Of a DNA stretch of 60,000 bases, positions 1-11,940 are shown piece after piece. The notes beneath the pieces are model-generated. The model was not told the DNA's origin. It worked only from the letters and a program-made list of their open reading frames with translations, and searched no databases. The position numbers and the translations under genes were made by a program. Every line of letters begins with the position of its first letter. Within the stretch, counting starts at the first letter, position 1. Origin of the DNA: Laetmonice hystrix (lineage: Eukaryota); NCBI GenBank assembly GCA_965235115.1, contig OZ249436.1, forward strand, positions 30,134,001-30,194,000, in the 5' to 3' direction.

Positions 1-759
1 GACCCACTTGCACACCCTATAGGAGACACCAAGCTATAGTAGCTGTCTATTCAACACGCCTCCACCACTGGCTTCCCTCACTTTCGGGTTGCTTTGTGAG
101 ATGGTAATAGAATTCAGGTGTCTCGGGTCGGGCCCCCTAACCCTCAAGTTACCTCATTGAGAGGAGTAACGTGCTAATCCTCCCGTTCTTTCCTCACCTT
201 GTACGTTTCTTGGCCGTTAAGCAAGAATGGTGGAGTTTACCAGCCGCGCGCCAAACGAGAAATCCAAGCAGACATAGGCCTACCTGTACGCATGGGGTTT
301 GAGATTGACCTAATTAAATTTCCAAATAGTTGTTTTCCAGGAAGTATCGCAGATTTGTGTTGTTTTTTATTCATGGATTCATGGAAGCTTGTCCTGAAAG
401 CAACTACTAATCGGTTTGGGATCAGTGATGGGAAAGATAAATGTCTTCAACACTATAGGAGTCGTCTGCTTTGGTTTGATTCAATGGTTTTGTATAGGGG
501 CCTACCGTACGTCAATATGATGCCATTCAAGGTTCACAGTCGAGCATGTCTAATGTAGGAAACATTGTTCATCTGTTCAGTAAGCGAGCTTACAAATGGA
601 TCTCTATTTCTGAAGGAAACAAAATCATGACAGGTGCCTGTCATTAGAACGTGTATCGTTCCTCGTGCAGTCACGTCTTGACCTTGTTTTATTACGGTAG
701 TGTACAAGCTCATATAAAGAGTTCCTCTTAATGCAACACCAATAAAAACAAGAATAGTA

Positions 760-1209
760 TTCTTGTTATCTAAATTTTAGTTGACTTACTCCAGAATCTT
801 TGAATGTTAATAGATAAGGAAGTTGTGATTTGATGATGGAATGATTGCACGTCATTTTCGGCACGTCATTTAATAGTAACGTTCTATTAAACGTAACATA
901 TCCCCGGTACACGTTCTTGTTATCTCAATTTTTGTTGACTTACTCCAGAATCTTTGAATGTTAATGAATAAGGAAGTTCTGACTTGATGATGGAATGATT
1001 GCACGCCATTTCCGGCACGTCATTTAATAGTAACGTTCTATTAAACGGTACACGTTCTTGTTATCTCAATTTTTGTTGACTTACTCCAGAATCTTTGAAT
1101 GTTAATGAATAAGGAAGTTCTGACTTGATGATGGAATGATTGCACGTCATTTTCGGCACGTCATTTAATAGTAACGTTCTATTAAACGTAACATAGCCCC
1201 GGTACACGT
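760..1209. repeat. Three tandem copies of a 141-154 bp unit
   Basis: Unit TTCTTGTTATCT...GTTCTATTAAACG starts at 760, 914 and 1055 and the copies are nearly identical. Each contains the hairpin TTTAATAG-taacgtt-CTATTAAA. Confidence 0.9.
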
Positions 1210-2816
1210 CGGGAAACGTCACTCTTCATCCCTTGATCTTTCCCATGAATCGCCACTCTTGATAATTTCATAATAATAATAATTTCATTTTCTATGACTT
1301 TGTCGTGTTCATTAGGTTTGTCTGGGCATGGTCTTTGTCTTTCGAGGGAATTCACAGATAATTGTAAATTACTATCTCATGTAGGTCAGGATGACAAGCA
1401 TAGGCCATGTATACAGTTCGCCCCCACAAAGCCAGCCTGTTAGGAGGATCAGTGAAAAAAACTCCCTTTCCTGCCTACTTAAAGTCATAGCTAGAGTGAC
1501 CCAAGGGTTGTTTTTGTGAACCAAAGATCGCTATATTAGGCTCTTACAATCAGTAACATGGAAATCTAACATGTTCCGCTGTCAGTGGGGTACAGGGCCG
1601 ACATTGTCCAACCAGAATGTGCATGTATGTCTGCCATTCGTATTTTTTATTCTTACACAAGTCTCAAGACAGGATGTGGTTACAGTCCCAGTCGTGATCC
1701 TGTTGAGTGTTTTTTTAATCGAAGGAACTAGTCGAGTGACTTGGTTATTCGCTAAGTATTTGTGCACTACATGTACCGTATACATGTGTACCTATTTAGA
1801 TAAAAAGAAGACACTTTTAGCGGTAAAGCTTGTGTGGGCCCACTGTCGGAACATGGAGAAAAATGCTGGAATGACTTTTTAAAGCCTGAATTGCACAAAA
1901 AAAGATTAATGCTCTCACACTGAAAGAACGGATAGAAAAGGGGTAATGTACACTCCACACTTGCTATAAGTCGTGGATCCCCTCCTGGTCAGTATATAAT
2001 TACCGTGGACGTAGTACTCAGGAGTGATTCATACTGTTGGACAATTTTATCGTTTATGATGGCAGTCCCTTTACACTTTGATTTCGACGATGGCTGGCCA
2101 CCTTTGGATATGTGAGGCCATTCTGTGAAGATCTAACCACTGAAAGATTAGTTCAAGTAGTTAACTGCACAACTCAAGCAAGGACCTCTGTTAAAGTTGG
2201 TTGTAAGAACCAGAACCGTGACGCTTGTGTTGGGCGTTAACCTTTACTTTAAATATACGCTCAACCAGTCTTCTTGACAGAGTTTTTTTCTTTCTTTTAT
2301 ATTTAATTCTTTATATCAACAGGTCCTTTGTATCTAGGTAAACCACCTATATTAGGTGCTCATAATGGGTATCTTTCAATGTCACGATATTTTTGCAAAG
2401 ATACAAAAAGTATTTACGTTCCATACGTTTTCTTTCACCAGACCACTATACAGTCATTCAGCCTTGCATACCGGGTACATTAGTACTACTCAGTAGGCCT
2501 ACGTGTAAACATCACGTCAGTGTTACTGAAGTACCATCAAAATGTTCCATAAGGTTATCAGGCGCCGGCCATGGCGTGGTAGAAGCTCAAAACACCTTAC
2601 ATAAAGGACACAGCAGGGGCGACTCATTGCGTGTGTGTATCCACTCATGATGAGCCCATCCCGTGCCTTCCTGTCCCTGGGCCCATTCCGTCTGTCCTGA
2701 CGACGTCCATGTCTAGACGGCATTGCCGGTCTGACAGCAGTGCAAGTCTGCCGGGATGCAAGTCGGACCAGGATTCCCGGGGTATGAACATCCTAGGTCG
2801 TCCACTTGGTGATATA

Positions 2817-3164
2817 CAGTGGGGGATCCAGGATTTTGATAAGGGGGGGGGGCACCTAAAAAGTTTTTGTAGCCTCGCTACGCTCTGCATGATTTTATTG
2901 TAATTATGGCCATTTTGGGCCCCTTTTGGTCTATTTCAATGCTGCATGGCCCAGAGTTATGTTGCTCCTGGATGACTGAGGAGGCCCTATTGGGCCCGAT
3001 GTTACTATCACGTACAATATAGGAGGCTTTTTTTACAGAATTTTGTGGGAATACTGGTTTCAGGGTCCAAATAATGCATCTTCTTACAAAAATGCGGGGG
3101 AAAAGGAAATTTAAGGGGGGCCCGAGCCCCTTGGCCGGCTTGGGGCCCCCTGGATTCCCCAGTG
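2817..3164. mobile_element. Non-autonomous DNA transposon (MITE), CAG-type ends, 5-bp TSD (hAT5-like)
   Basis: TIR CAGTGGGGGATCCAGG / CCTGGATTCCCCAGTG (2 mismatches), flanked by ATATA at 2812-2816 and 3165-3169. Confidence 0.75.
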
Positions 3165-3238
3165 ATATACAATATAATTATCCCATTCCCCTGTACAGGG
3201 GAATGGGATTTTGAAGTTGTCGTGTTTGCGTGTACTTT

Positions 3239-3297
3239 ATTATCCCATTTCCCCTGTAAGGGGAAATGGGATTTTGTTGTTGTAGCGTTTCATCTAC

Positions 3298-3343
<46 letters not shown>

Positions 3344-4257
3344 TTTTCCTCGTTGTTAAATCCCTGGCCATTTTCTCATTTTTCGAGATATCTCAATGAA
3401 ACTTGGTGGCAAGGGCAAGCATCTTTGCCGCTCGCGCTGGTATGACGTATGACGTAATATGACGTAACGTCATGACGTCATGACGTAATTTGGTGTTTTG
3501 GGAAGTACCTCATTGTAGCATTTGCAAGAAGAGGTAGAGAAAGTTCATTCATAGCACCTCATTTGCCGCTTGAGCGGGAATAATTTTATTCACCAATTTG
3601 ACCTCTGACCTTTGACCTTCTTGAAATGTAGGTCGCAGCTCAAAATGTGACAAATTCGAAATTTCGCCCACAATTTTTGACAAATCGAGCCCAAATTGAT
3701 TCCAGAGAATCTCTATGGGGGTCTTCAGGGCCCCGAGTATCGATTAAGTGATGTGACCCATTTTCAGAGTACCACGTGACATTGAAGTTGGGTCATAGCC
3801 ATTTTTCAGAAACAGATGTCTGTAACTCTGAAACGCTGTAAGATAGAGCTATGGTTACTATTGAACATGAATAGGAAGTCATATATGCTCTTTCAAATGA
3901 CACCGAGTTTTATGACGTCGTGTGACGTATAACGTCATAATGACGTCATTGGCATTTTCAGAGGCCTGTAACTCTTAAACTGTGCTAGATAAGGTCATAG
4001 TTACTATTGAACACGAATAGGGACTAGGTGCTCTTTCAGTGACGCCAAGATTTCCGTCATATGACGTGACGTCATGACGTCATGACGTCATGACGTAATT
4101 TAGTGTTTTGGAAAGGATCACCAGGTCTGGTCTTGGCTGGGGACACGTCATGGCTATGTACATGTCATGTATATGTACACGTCACGGCTAGGTACACGTC
4201 ATGTATATAAATGGGAAATGGGATCCGGTGTTGCCTAGCAACACCTATTGCCTCGTT
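3239..4257 (+). mobile_element. HINE/DINE-1-like element nested in the microsatellite of the outer copy
   Basis: 5' hairpin ATCCCATTTCCCCT-gta-AGGGGAAATGGGAT (3242-3272), (TAT)n at about 3299-3342, 3' subTIR GGGAAATGGGAT at 4213-4224, hairpin GGTGTTGC-cta-GCAACACC at 4227-4245, and a CTCGTT end. Confidence 0.75.
3299..3342. repeat. (TAT)n microsatellite within the HINE
   Basis: About 14 consecutive TAT/ATT units read directly from the sequence. Confidence 0.95.
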
Positions 4258-4913
4258 ATTATTATTATTATTATTGTGGTTGTAAGACAAGGGTCATATC
4301 TCAACAAGTTTTCAGAATATCTCAATGAAACTTGGCCGAACCATAGATCATGGGCCTAAGAGCTCATATCATTTTGCGTCAAGTCATATGACATACCGTC
4401 ATGACGTTATGACGTCATAAAGACGGTTTTTAAGGGCATGGAAGCCACCTCATCTTCGAGTACCAAGAGCATCTAGCCAAAAGTCATTCAAAGCAGGGCC
4501 TTAGCACTTAGGGGGCAATAATTTTCTTCATCAGTTTGACCTCTGTCCTATGACCTGTCTGACTTGAAGGTCAAAACATAGATAACAGTCAAAATGTTTC
4601 TCCTCTTTCATTTTTCGCAGACTCTTCTCCTGCTTTGGTTTATACCTTCTCCATATTGGGGCTGATCGACTGATGCCAAAATTTTTGAAATGTGACGTCA
4701 TATGACCCAGTCACCTGACATCAAAATTTGGTTCTTTGGCCAGTGTACCAGAATTAAGTCATAGCTCAACCAGTTTTCGACCGATCCCAATGAAACTTCG
4801 TGTGCTTTAACAGGGTGGGATGCAGAGCCAAATTTATGCAAATTTTCTTCAATGACGTAACAGTGACGTCATCCACCTAATTAAAATAGGACTTCAGTAG
4901 TTAAATAGATGTG

Positions 4914-5001
4914 ATCCTCGATAGCTCAGTGGGTAATACACCCGACATAACGGCTGAAGATCATGGGTTCAATTCCCACCAAGGGCAGATCTTTTTTTTT
5001 T
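4914..5001 (+). pseudogene. Degenerate tRNA-derived (SINE-head-like) segment with Pol III A/B boxes and oligo-T
   Basis: A-box-like TAGCTCAGTGGG at 4922-4933, T-arm GGG-TTCAATT-CCC with B box at 4966-4976, and a T run at 4992-5001. The acceptor stem does not pair properly, so it is not called a functional tRNA. The 3' half is duplicated at about 5020-5082. Confidence 0.6.
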
Positions 5002-5522
5002 CGTTTTTCTTGTCACAAAGGCTGAAGATCATGGGTTCAATTCCCACCAAGGACAGATTTTTTTTTTCGTTTTTCTTGTCAGACAGTACAGCTCATCTCT
5101 TTAAATGCTTAGGAGGCCTAGGCAGGGGAAATGTTGTCATGTTTTTTTTTCTTTATTAATTTTTGATATAGAATTGGAGTACTGAGACAGTAGCGGTTTC
5201 TAACTCATTTTTCGAGTTATCTGGATGAAACTTGCAGTAAAAATTGACCACAGGAGGAATTCCTCGACTTATATAATAATACATCATGTGACACCATGAC
5301 GTCATGAATACATTATGAATAGTGCAACCTGGTACTGCACCAGGAAAAGCTATCCAGAATTCTTTTATGCCATCTTCGTGCCCCTTAGGGGTCTCTAAAT
5401 GTTAAAATTCATTTGACCTCTGACCTATGCCATTTGTCAGGTACAGATCACAGGTTTGGAAACAGTCAAAACTTTATTTATGTGGAAATGTTTTGACAAA
5501 ATTGCTCACAAAATTAAAACCA

Positions 5523-5726
5523 TTTTTTCTCTGGGGTTATGTGAAAACCAAGGTGTACACCAGTCCCCCAGGAACACTTGATGAACTTCGCAATCCCATA
5601 ATCATAGCTTTTCAAGAAATTCTGCATGATATGGTAACCAGAGCAATCGAAAGTATGTGACGCCGAGCAGTGATCTGTGAAGGCAACCATGGATTCCATG
5701 TTGAAGAACTCTTTATGGAGGATTAA
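5523..5726 (+). pseudogene. C-terminal fragment of a Tc1/mariner-superfamily transposase
   Basis: Translates FFLWGYVKTKVYTSPPGTLDELRNPIIIAFQEILHDMVTRAIESM*RRAVICEGNHGFHVE. This fits the FFLWGY.K..VY...P..L.EL...R...C....G.H.E tail of these transposases. There is an in-frame stop at 5658-5660 and no N-terminal part. Confidence 0.75.
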
Positions 5727-6925
5727 ATTCAGCAAAAATTACCCTTTGCATGCAAGAAATGCAATAAATGTTTTGTTTTAATTCTTAACCATCATGGAAT
5801 TAACCATTAACAGGGAATGGGATCCATTGTTGCCTGCAACAAGCCTGACTAGTTATAATTGTAAATACATTATGTGTTAGGTTTATGAAGATTGATATGA
5901 TATTCTAGGACTTAAGTATCCTACAGGAATGCCTCTGTCTGAGATTGCAGGTTCATCAGACATGCATTCCTGGGGGAGAGCTTTAACCCCCGGCAAAGAT
6001 CATGGTAACGCTAGGCCTATACATGTAGATCTTTGCCCCCGGTACATGGGCGTGGCGCCCTCTGTGAACGAACGGGATAACTAGTCATGAGACGTCCGGC
6101 GGCAGAATGTCGGGGTGCGTGAACAGTGGCGTTGGTCGGGCTAGAGAGAAGGGGGGGGGGCGGATACCTATATGCAAATTTTTGGGGGAAAGACTATAAG
6201 AAATGTATGTGTAACTCTGGGTAACAGGTTAGGTAAGAGCATGGCAGTGAAGGTCGAGTTATGGTAGGAATCGATAGTATAAGTGATCAGGAGGTTAATT
6301 AACCCAGGAACTTGCTGAATGTGTCAGTTATTAATGTTACCCTGATATCGGCTTTCACTCACCTAGCTAATAACAAATGGAAAGTGATGGATTACCTGAG
6401 CGAGTCATTCGGGTGCAGATTTATATCCATAAGCAATTAATGTACGGGCATATTATTCAGGATTTAGTTGGGAGGAGAACTGACGTGGTGGGATGATTTG
6501 TGGCATAGATTCTCTCCAGGCGATTTTGGCGTGATTAGGGAAGCTTTCTGCTCACATTTAATGCCAGCTTGCTGAAGACTTAAATTTCTAGGCTGCATGC
6601 TTGAATCCTTTCGTAATGCCATGCGATGGTAACAGATTTTATGAGACCAAGAACTGGACCACGCGTTATAAACTCATATCCGGCGTAATTTAACTCATAA
6701 AATCTCATCGCGTAGACTTGTATGCAGAGCCAAAAACCAGAATGTGGACGATCTCTGAAGGTAAAGAAATTATGGAAAAATAGTGAATGAAAAAGGTTCG
6801 AAGTAAAAACATGGTGAGAGAAGATTTTATGGGCCGCCATGAGCGGCTGCGGCCAACAGTACTAGTGCCAGGAGCGATGTCGGGACTCGGTTTGGATTAG
6901 ACGAGATTACCCCATCCTAATCGTA

Positions 6926-8960
6926 ATGCCGACATCGTTACGATATAGATCTGTAGTTTACTACAGATCTGTGGTTAAGATTATGCCGACATCGTTAAGA
7001 CATAGATCTGTAGTGTACTACAGATCTGTGGTTAAGATTAGGCCGACATCGTTAAGACACAGATATGTAGTGTACTACAGATATGTGGTTCAGATTATGC
7101 CGACATCGTTAAGACATAGATCTGTAGTGTACTACAGATCTGTGGTTAAGATTATGCCGACATCGTTAAGACACAGATATGTAGTGTACTACAGATCTGT
7201 GGTTAGGATTATGCCGACATCGTTAAGACACAGATATGTAGTGTACTACAGATCTGTGGTTAAGGTTATACCGACATCGTTAAGACATAGATCTGTAGTG
7301 TACTACAGATCTGTGGTTAAGATTATGCCGACATCGTTAAGACACAGATATGTAGTGTACTACAGATCTGTGGTTAAGGTTATACCGACATCGTTAAGAC
7401 ATAGATCTGTAGTGTACTACAGATCTGTGGTTAAGATTATGCCGCCATCGTTAAGACATAGATCTGTAGTGTACTACAGATCTGTGGTTAAGGTTATGCC
7501 GACATCGTTAAGACATAGATCTGTAGTGTACTACAGATCTGTGGTTAAGGTTATACCGACATCGTTAAGACATAGATCTGTAGTGTACTACAGATCTGTG
7601 GTTAAGATTATGCCGACATCGTTAAGACACAGATATGTAGTGTACTACAGATCTGTGGTTAAGATTATGCCGACATCGTTAAGACATAGATCTGTAGTGT
7701 ACTACAGATCTGTGGTTAAGATTATGCCGACATCGTTAAGACATAGATCTGTAGTGTACTACAGATCTGTGGTTAAGGTTATACCGACATCGTTAAGACA
7801 TAGATCTGTAGTGTACTACAGATCTGTGGTTAAGATTATGCCGACATCGTTAAGACACAGATATGTAGTGTATTACAGATCTGTGGTTAAGGTTATACCG
7901 ACATCGTTAAGACATAGATCTGTAGTGTTCTACAGATCTGTGGTTAAGATTATGCCGACATCGTTAAGACACAGATATGTAGTGTACTACAGATCTGTGG
8001 TTAAGGTTATACCGACATCGTTAAGACATAGATCTGTAGTGTACTACAGATCTGTGGTTAAGATTATGCCGACATCGTTAAGACACAGATAATTATGTAG
8101 TGTACTACAGATCTGTGGTTAAGGTTATACCGACATCGTTAAGACATAGATCTGTAGTGTACTACAGATCTGTGGTTAAGATTATGCCGACATCGTTAAG
8201 ACACAGATATGTAGTGTACTACAGATCTGTGGTTAAGGTTATACCGACATCGTTAAGACATAGATCTGTAGTGTTCTACAGATCTGTGGTTAAGATTATG
8301 CCGACATCGTTAAGACATAGATCTGTAGTGTACTACAGATCTGTGGTTAAGGTTATACCGACATCGTTAAGACATAGATCTGTAGTGTACTACAGATCTG
8401 TGGTTAAGATTATGCCGACATCGTTAAGACATAGATCTGTAGTGTACTACAGATCTGTGGTTAAGGCTATACCGACATCGTTAAGACATAGATCTGTAGT
8501 GTACTACAGATCTGTGGTTAAGATTATGCCGACATCGTTAAGACATCGTGTAGTGTACTACAGATCTGTGGTTAAGATTATACCGACATCGTTAAGACAC
8601 AGATATGTAGTGTACTACAGATCTGTGGTTAAGGTTATACCGACATCGTTAAGACATAGATCTGTAGTGTACTACAGATCTGTGGTTAAGATTATACCGA
8701 CATCGTTAAGACACAGATATGTAGTGTACTACAGATCTGTGGTTAAGGTTATACCGACATCGTTAAGACACAGATATGTAGTGTACTACAGATCTGTGGT
8801 TAAGGTTATACCGACATCGTTAAGACATAGCTCTGTAGTCAAGATTATGCCGACATCGTTAAGACATAGCTCTGTAGTGTACTACAGATCTGTGGTTAAG
8901 ATTATGCCGACATCATTAAGACATAGATCTGTGGTTAAGATTATACCGACATCGTTAAGA
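6926..8960. repeat. 57-bp minisatellite, about 36 copies
   Basis: Unit ATGCCGACATCGTTAAGACATAGATCTGTAGTGTACTACAGATCTGTGGTTAAGATT. It accounts for ORFs 6926-8092 and 8100-8972. Confidence 0.97.
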
Positions 8961-11799
8961 TGGTGTAGGTAAAGGTGTGACGAGGTCTCTGTGTGTTGAT
9001 TACCGTGAAAATGACCGCAGTTGTTGACTTGACGTAAACCAAGCACCAATCACGAACTGCTGCCCAGGAACTGGCCCCCGGGCCTCAGTGTAAATCAGTG
9101 GACATTATTAGTTCGTATTGACTCGGTCGGCCTGCCGAATCAGTCTGAAAGGCCTTCGGTTCTTTCTTTTCATTTGATTTGATCAACCTCGCATTGTTCA
9201 CTTTCCTGGGCGTGAAAGACGGGCGTTTAAAAACAGAATGGCTGTTTGCCGTGAGGAAGGTTTCGCTGTCTTCAAAACAAGGCTTTAATTAAAATCCCCC
9301 AAGGAAATGTAGAGATTGATGATAGAATACACGGTTTGCGTGAAATAAAATAGTATGAACAATTTGTTGGATTGCGCAGTTAACTTTGACTACATGTTAA
9401 ACCAGTATAACATATTTACTGATGACTATCATGTGCACGATGTTTCGAAGGGTCTAATGTGGAGCTCCTGTTTTTCAGTTGCCTCAATTATTCTGGGAAT
9501 CTTACACCAGATTGTGACGGCGTCATTGACTGCAGGTGTTACCATGCCATGTGCCAAATGAGTCTAAGGTATTTTTACTTCATGAACAAGTAAAGACTGG
9601 TTGTATTTGATGACTGGTAGTTCACCAAGATTGCCCACGTGTTACTTGGCACGTGATTGTCCAAACAGCCAACTTAAAGGGGGGAATAAATAGAAAAAAA
9701 TCCAGCAGATGTACACTGCAACGAGGTCAGATATGAAGGTATAGACGAGCTCGCCTGGTTTCATTATTATAAGTCCTTTGGACTCGTACCATGTCGTGTC
9801 CCGGATACTGTCATGTGAGAATCGGTCCCCGGTAAATGAATGTTCATCATTTGCTTGTACATGTTGTGATGGTAGTCCGTTCACAGCAGCTAGTCATGTC
9901 TAGTCGGTCCAGGAAAGAAGAACAGTGTTTTACTTTAAACTTGCTTCTAAGTCTTTTTCCAAGCTGTGAGTTGAAAGATTACTTTCAGTACCTGAATTTA
10001 TTGGAGACATTTACATATGCTGTATGTAAGCCCCATGTGGTGCTGCAGATGTCTTCCACGAGAAAGATATAGAGTTATCTCCAGTAATGTCTCTCTTAAA
10101 TTGTTGAGGAAAACCAGCAGTACACCGGCCCGGGGATCCACTGGGGTTTAAACTTTGGGATGCCCCCCTCCCCGCCTCCCGGAAATGCAAAGTCTCCTGA
10201 TGCCGGAGTTATACTGTATTGATCTTAGTTCAGAGGAATCCCCGCCCCTGGGTCAAATGAAACCCTCAAGGATCGAAGCTGGTTATCGCTCCTCTCAATG
10301 ATGCTGTAAAGAGCCCTACAGCAGGGATCGCTGTCTTGTTGCGTTATTGATTTCGGGTTATATATGTCCCCAGAGTATGGAGGTACAGCAGCCGCCGTCC
10401 AAGGCCGACAGGGAACCGTGTATAGGGGCCACACCCCGTACTTGGCAGAACCACTCGGACATTTTCAGCATAATGGTTCTCAGGAGAGAATCACCAAGGA
10501 TAGTGTGTCTGTCCTTGTCAGGAATCGTATCGTTGGGTGAATACACGTAGCTTGTAAACGGGAGGAAGGTGGAGGCGCATGGAGTAGGGAAGGAATGCAT
10601 TAAACGTGCTGACTTGACTCCTTGAGACGTCTAGTCCGTTCTATTGAAGAACCGAGCTAATTCACTAGTAACATGATATGGGGTAGAGCGAAGTTTGATG
10701 GGCAAATTAATCAATAAAATACACTGTATTTTGGGATTCTGAATTGAATGAATTCAAAAGATATGTGGATAGCTAGTACTGTTTGTCTTTCAGCTTGGAA
10801 TTTCATGTAACGGTCATGCTGCAACTTGTTGAACAAAGACAAACAATTACATTAACTGACGATATACTGTGAACCTAGTTTCATGTGTTTCCACATGTGA
10901 CACAAATCATTGGTCTGAAAGACTGTTTTTGATATTAGGAAATGAGGAATTCGGAAATGAGCATACCAGAAACGGAGAGCAAGGCTTATTCTCTCCCGCT
11001 GGTCGCAATAACTATATTTACTATCGAACAAAACATGGTCGGGATCAGGCAGTACAACAGCGTGAACTTGGCTCAGTTCTTTGGTTTAACTGTCAGGAAC
11101 ACCAACTCCCCCGTACGTGCGAAATGTCAACGACAGATTAAGTGTGTGTCTACTTTTTGTTTTTTGAACTCAGTTTTATTTGGCTGTGGCATATTTGTTG
11201 TTCAGACCGTCCAGGTAAATAAATGTATTTGGTTTTCAAAACGGGTCTGATCTCTTCTGGTAAAGTTTACCTGCAGTCGATTCCAGAGGAAATGTTCACA
11301 ATGGATGATTCAGATTACACAGAAACATGGCGACTGGAGGAGTGTATATTGAACATGTTCATGCATAAACTTTTTTTTATTTTTTTTTTAAATATAATTT
11401 TTGAGTGTAGATCTATCACAACAATATTCCCACATTTCATCTTTACATTTCCTCGTAAGTTTCCGTTCATTATTTCAGGAGTTATTAAAACTTGAAATTT
11501 GAGTGAGTTTGTTGAGACATCCGATATAGGCCTTCTAGCTTTAATCAAACATTGGCTGACCGTACATACGTGCAGCTGTAGGCCTTTTTTCTGGTGTTTT
11601 CAGTCCAGGTAAAGTTGCACGGAACACGCAGGCCAGCTTAAACGTGGCTACAGTGAATTCATACTTGAAACTGTCGACTGGCCAGTGGCCAGGCACTTGT
11701 AGACACGTTGGGTGATACCATGTGTAATTGTGATGTTACAGATTGCCCTGGTCGATGACGTAGTGGCCTGTGACAGGTGGCGCCTCCCTTAGGCCAACA

Positions 11800-11940
11800 A
11801 CGTGACCGGCTCGAGCCTGACAGAACCAGCTCTTGGTTGGGTTGTGGTGGTCGTTACCTGGTGTGCCGAGGTCGTCGCCAGTTTCTCTCCCGGCCCGCCC
11901 GCCCGCGCACCACAGCGGCGGGACACCAACAAGAGTGAGT
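11800..11940 (+). promoter_or_regulatory. Candidate alternative promoter / first exon of the TNFAIP8-like gene
   Basis: Local CpG/GC-rich patch with CCCGCCC boxes (11894-11905), ending in AACAAGA|GTGAGT, a consensus donor at 11935-11940. No ATG between 11800 and 11934. The transcription start is unknown. Confidence 0.45.

Larger units (their letters stand above)
3178..5854 (+). mobile_element. Helentron-associated non-autonomous element (HINE/DINE-1-like), outer copy, interrupted by a nested copy
   Basis: Perfect 30-bp palindrome at 3180-3209 containing subTIR ATCCCATTCCC. The (ATT)n tract resumes at about 4258. Matching 3' subTIR GGGAATGGGAT at 5813-5823, short hairpin TTGTTGC-ct-GCAACAA at 5827-5842, and a CTAGTT end at 5849-5854. 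Confidence 0.75.

Noticed and set aside
4914..4990. Functional tRNA gene
   Set aside because: The acceptor and anticodon stems do not pair. It lies inside a repeat and is partly duplicated.
6926..8960. CRISPR-like array of palindromic repeats
   Set aside because: There are no unique spacers and no cas genes, and the context is eukaryotic. It is a head-to-tail tandem repeat.
6926..8972. 388-aa and 290-aa ORFs of repeating MPTSLRHRSVVYYRSVVKI
   Set aside because: These are a by-product of a 57-bp (multiple of 3) minisatellite lacking a stop in one frame. The frame is broken by an insertion near 8090, and there is no splice or domain support.
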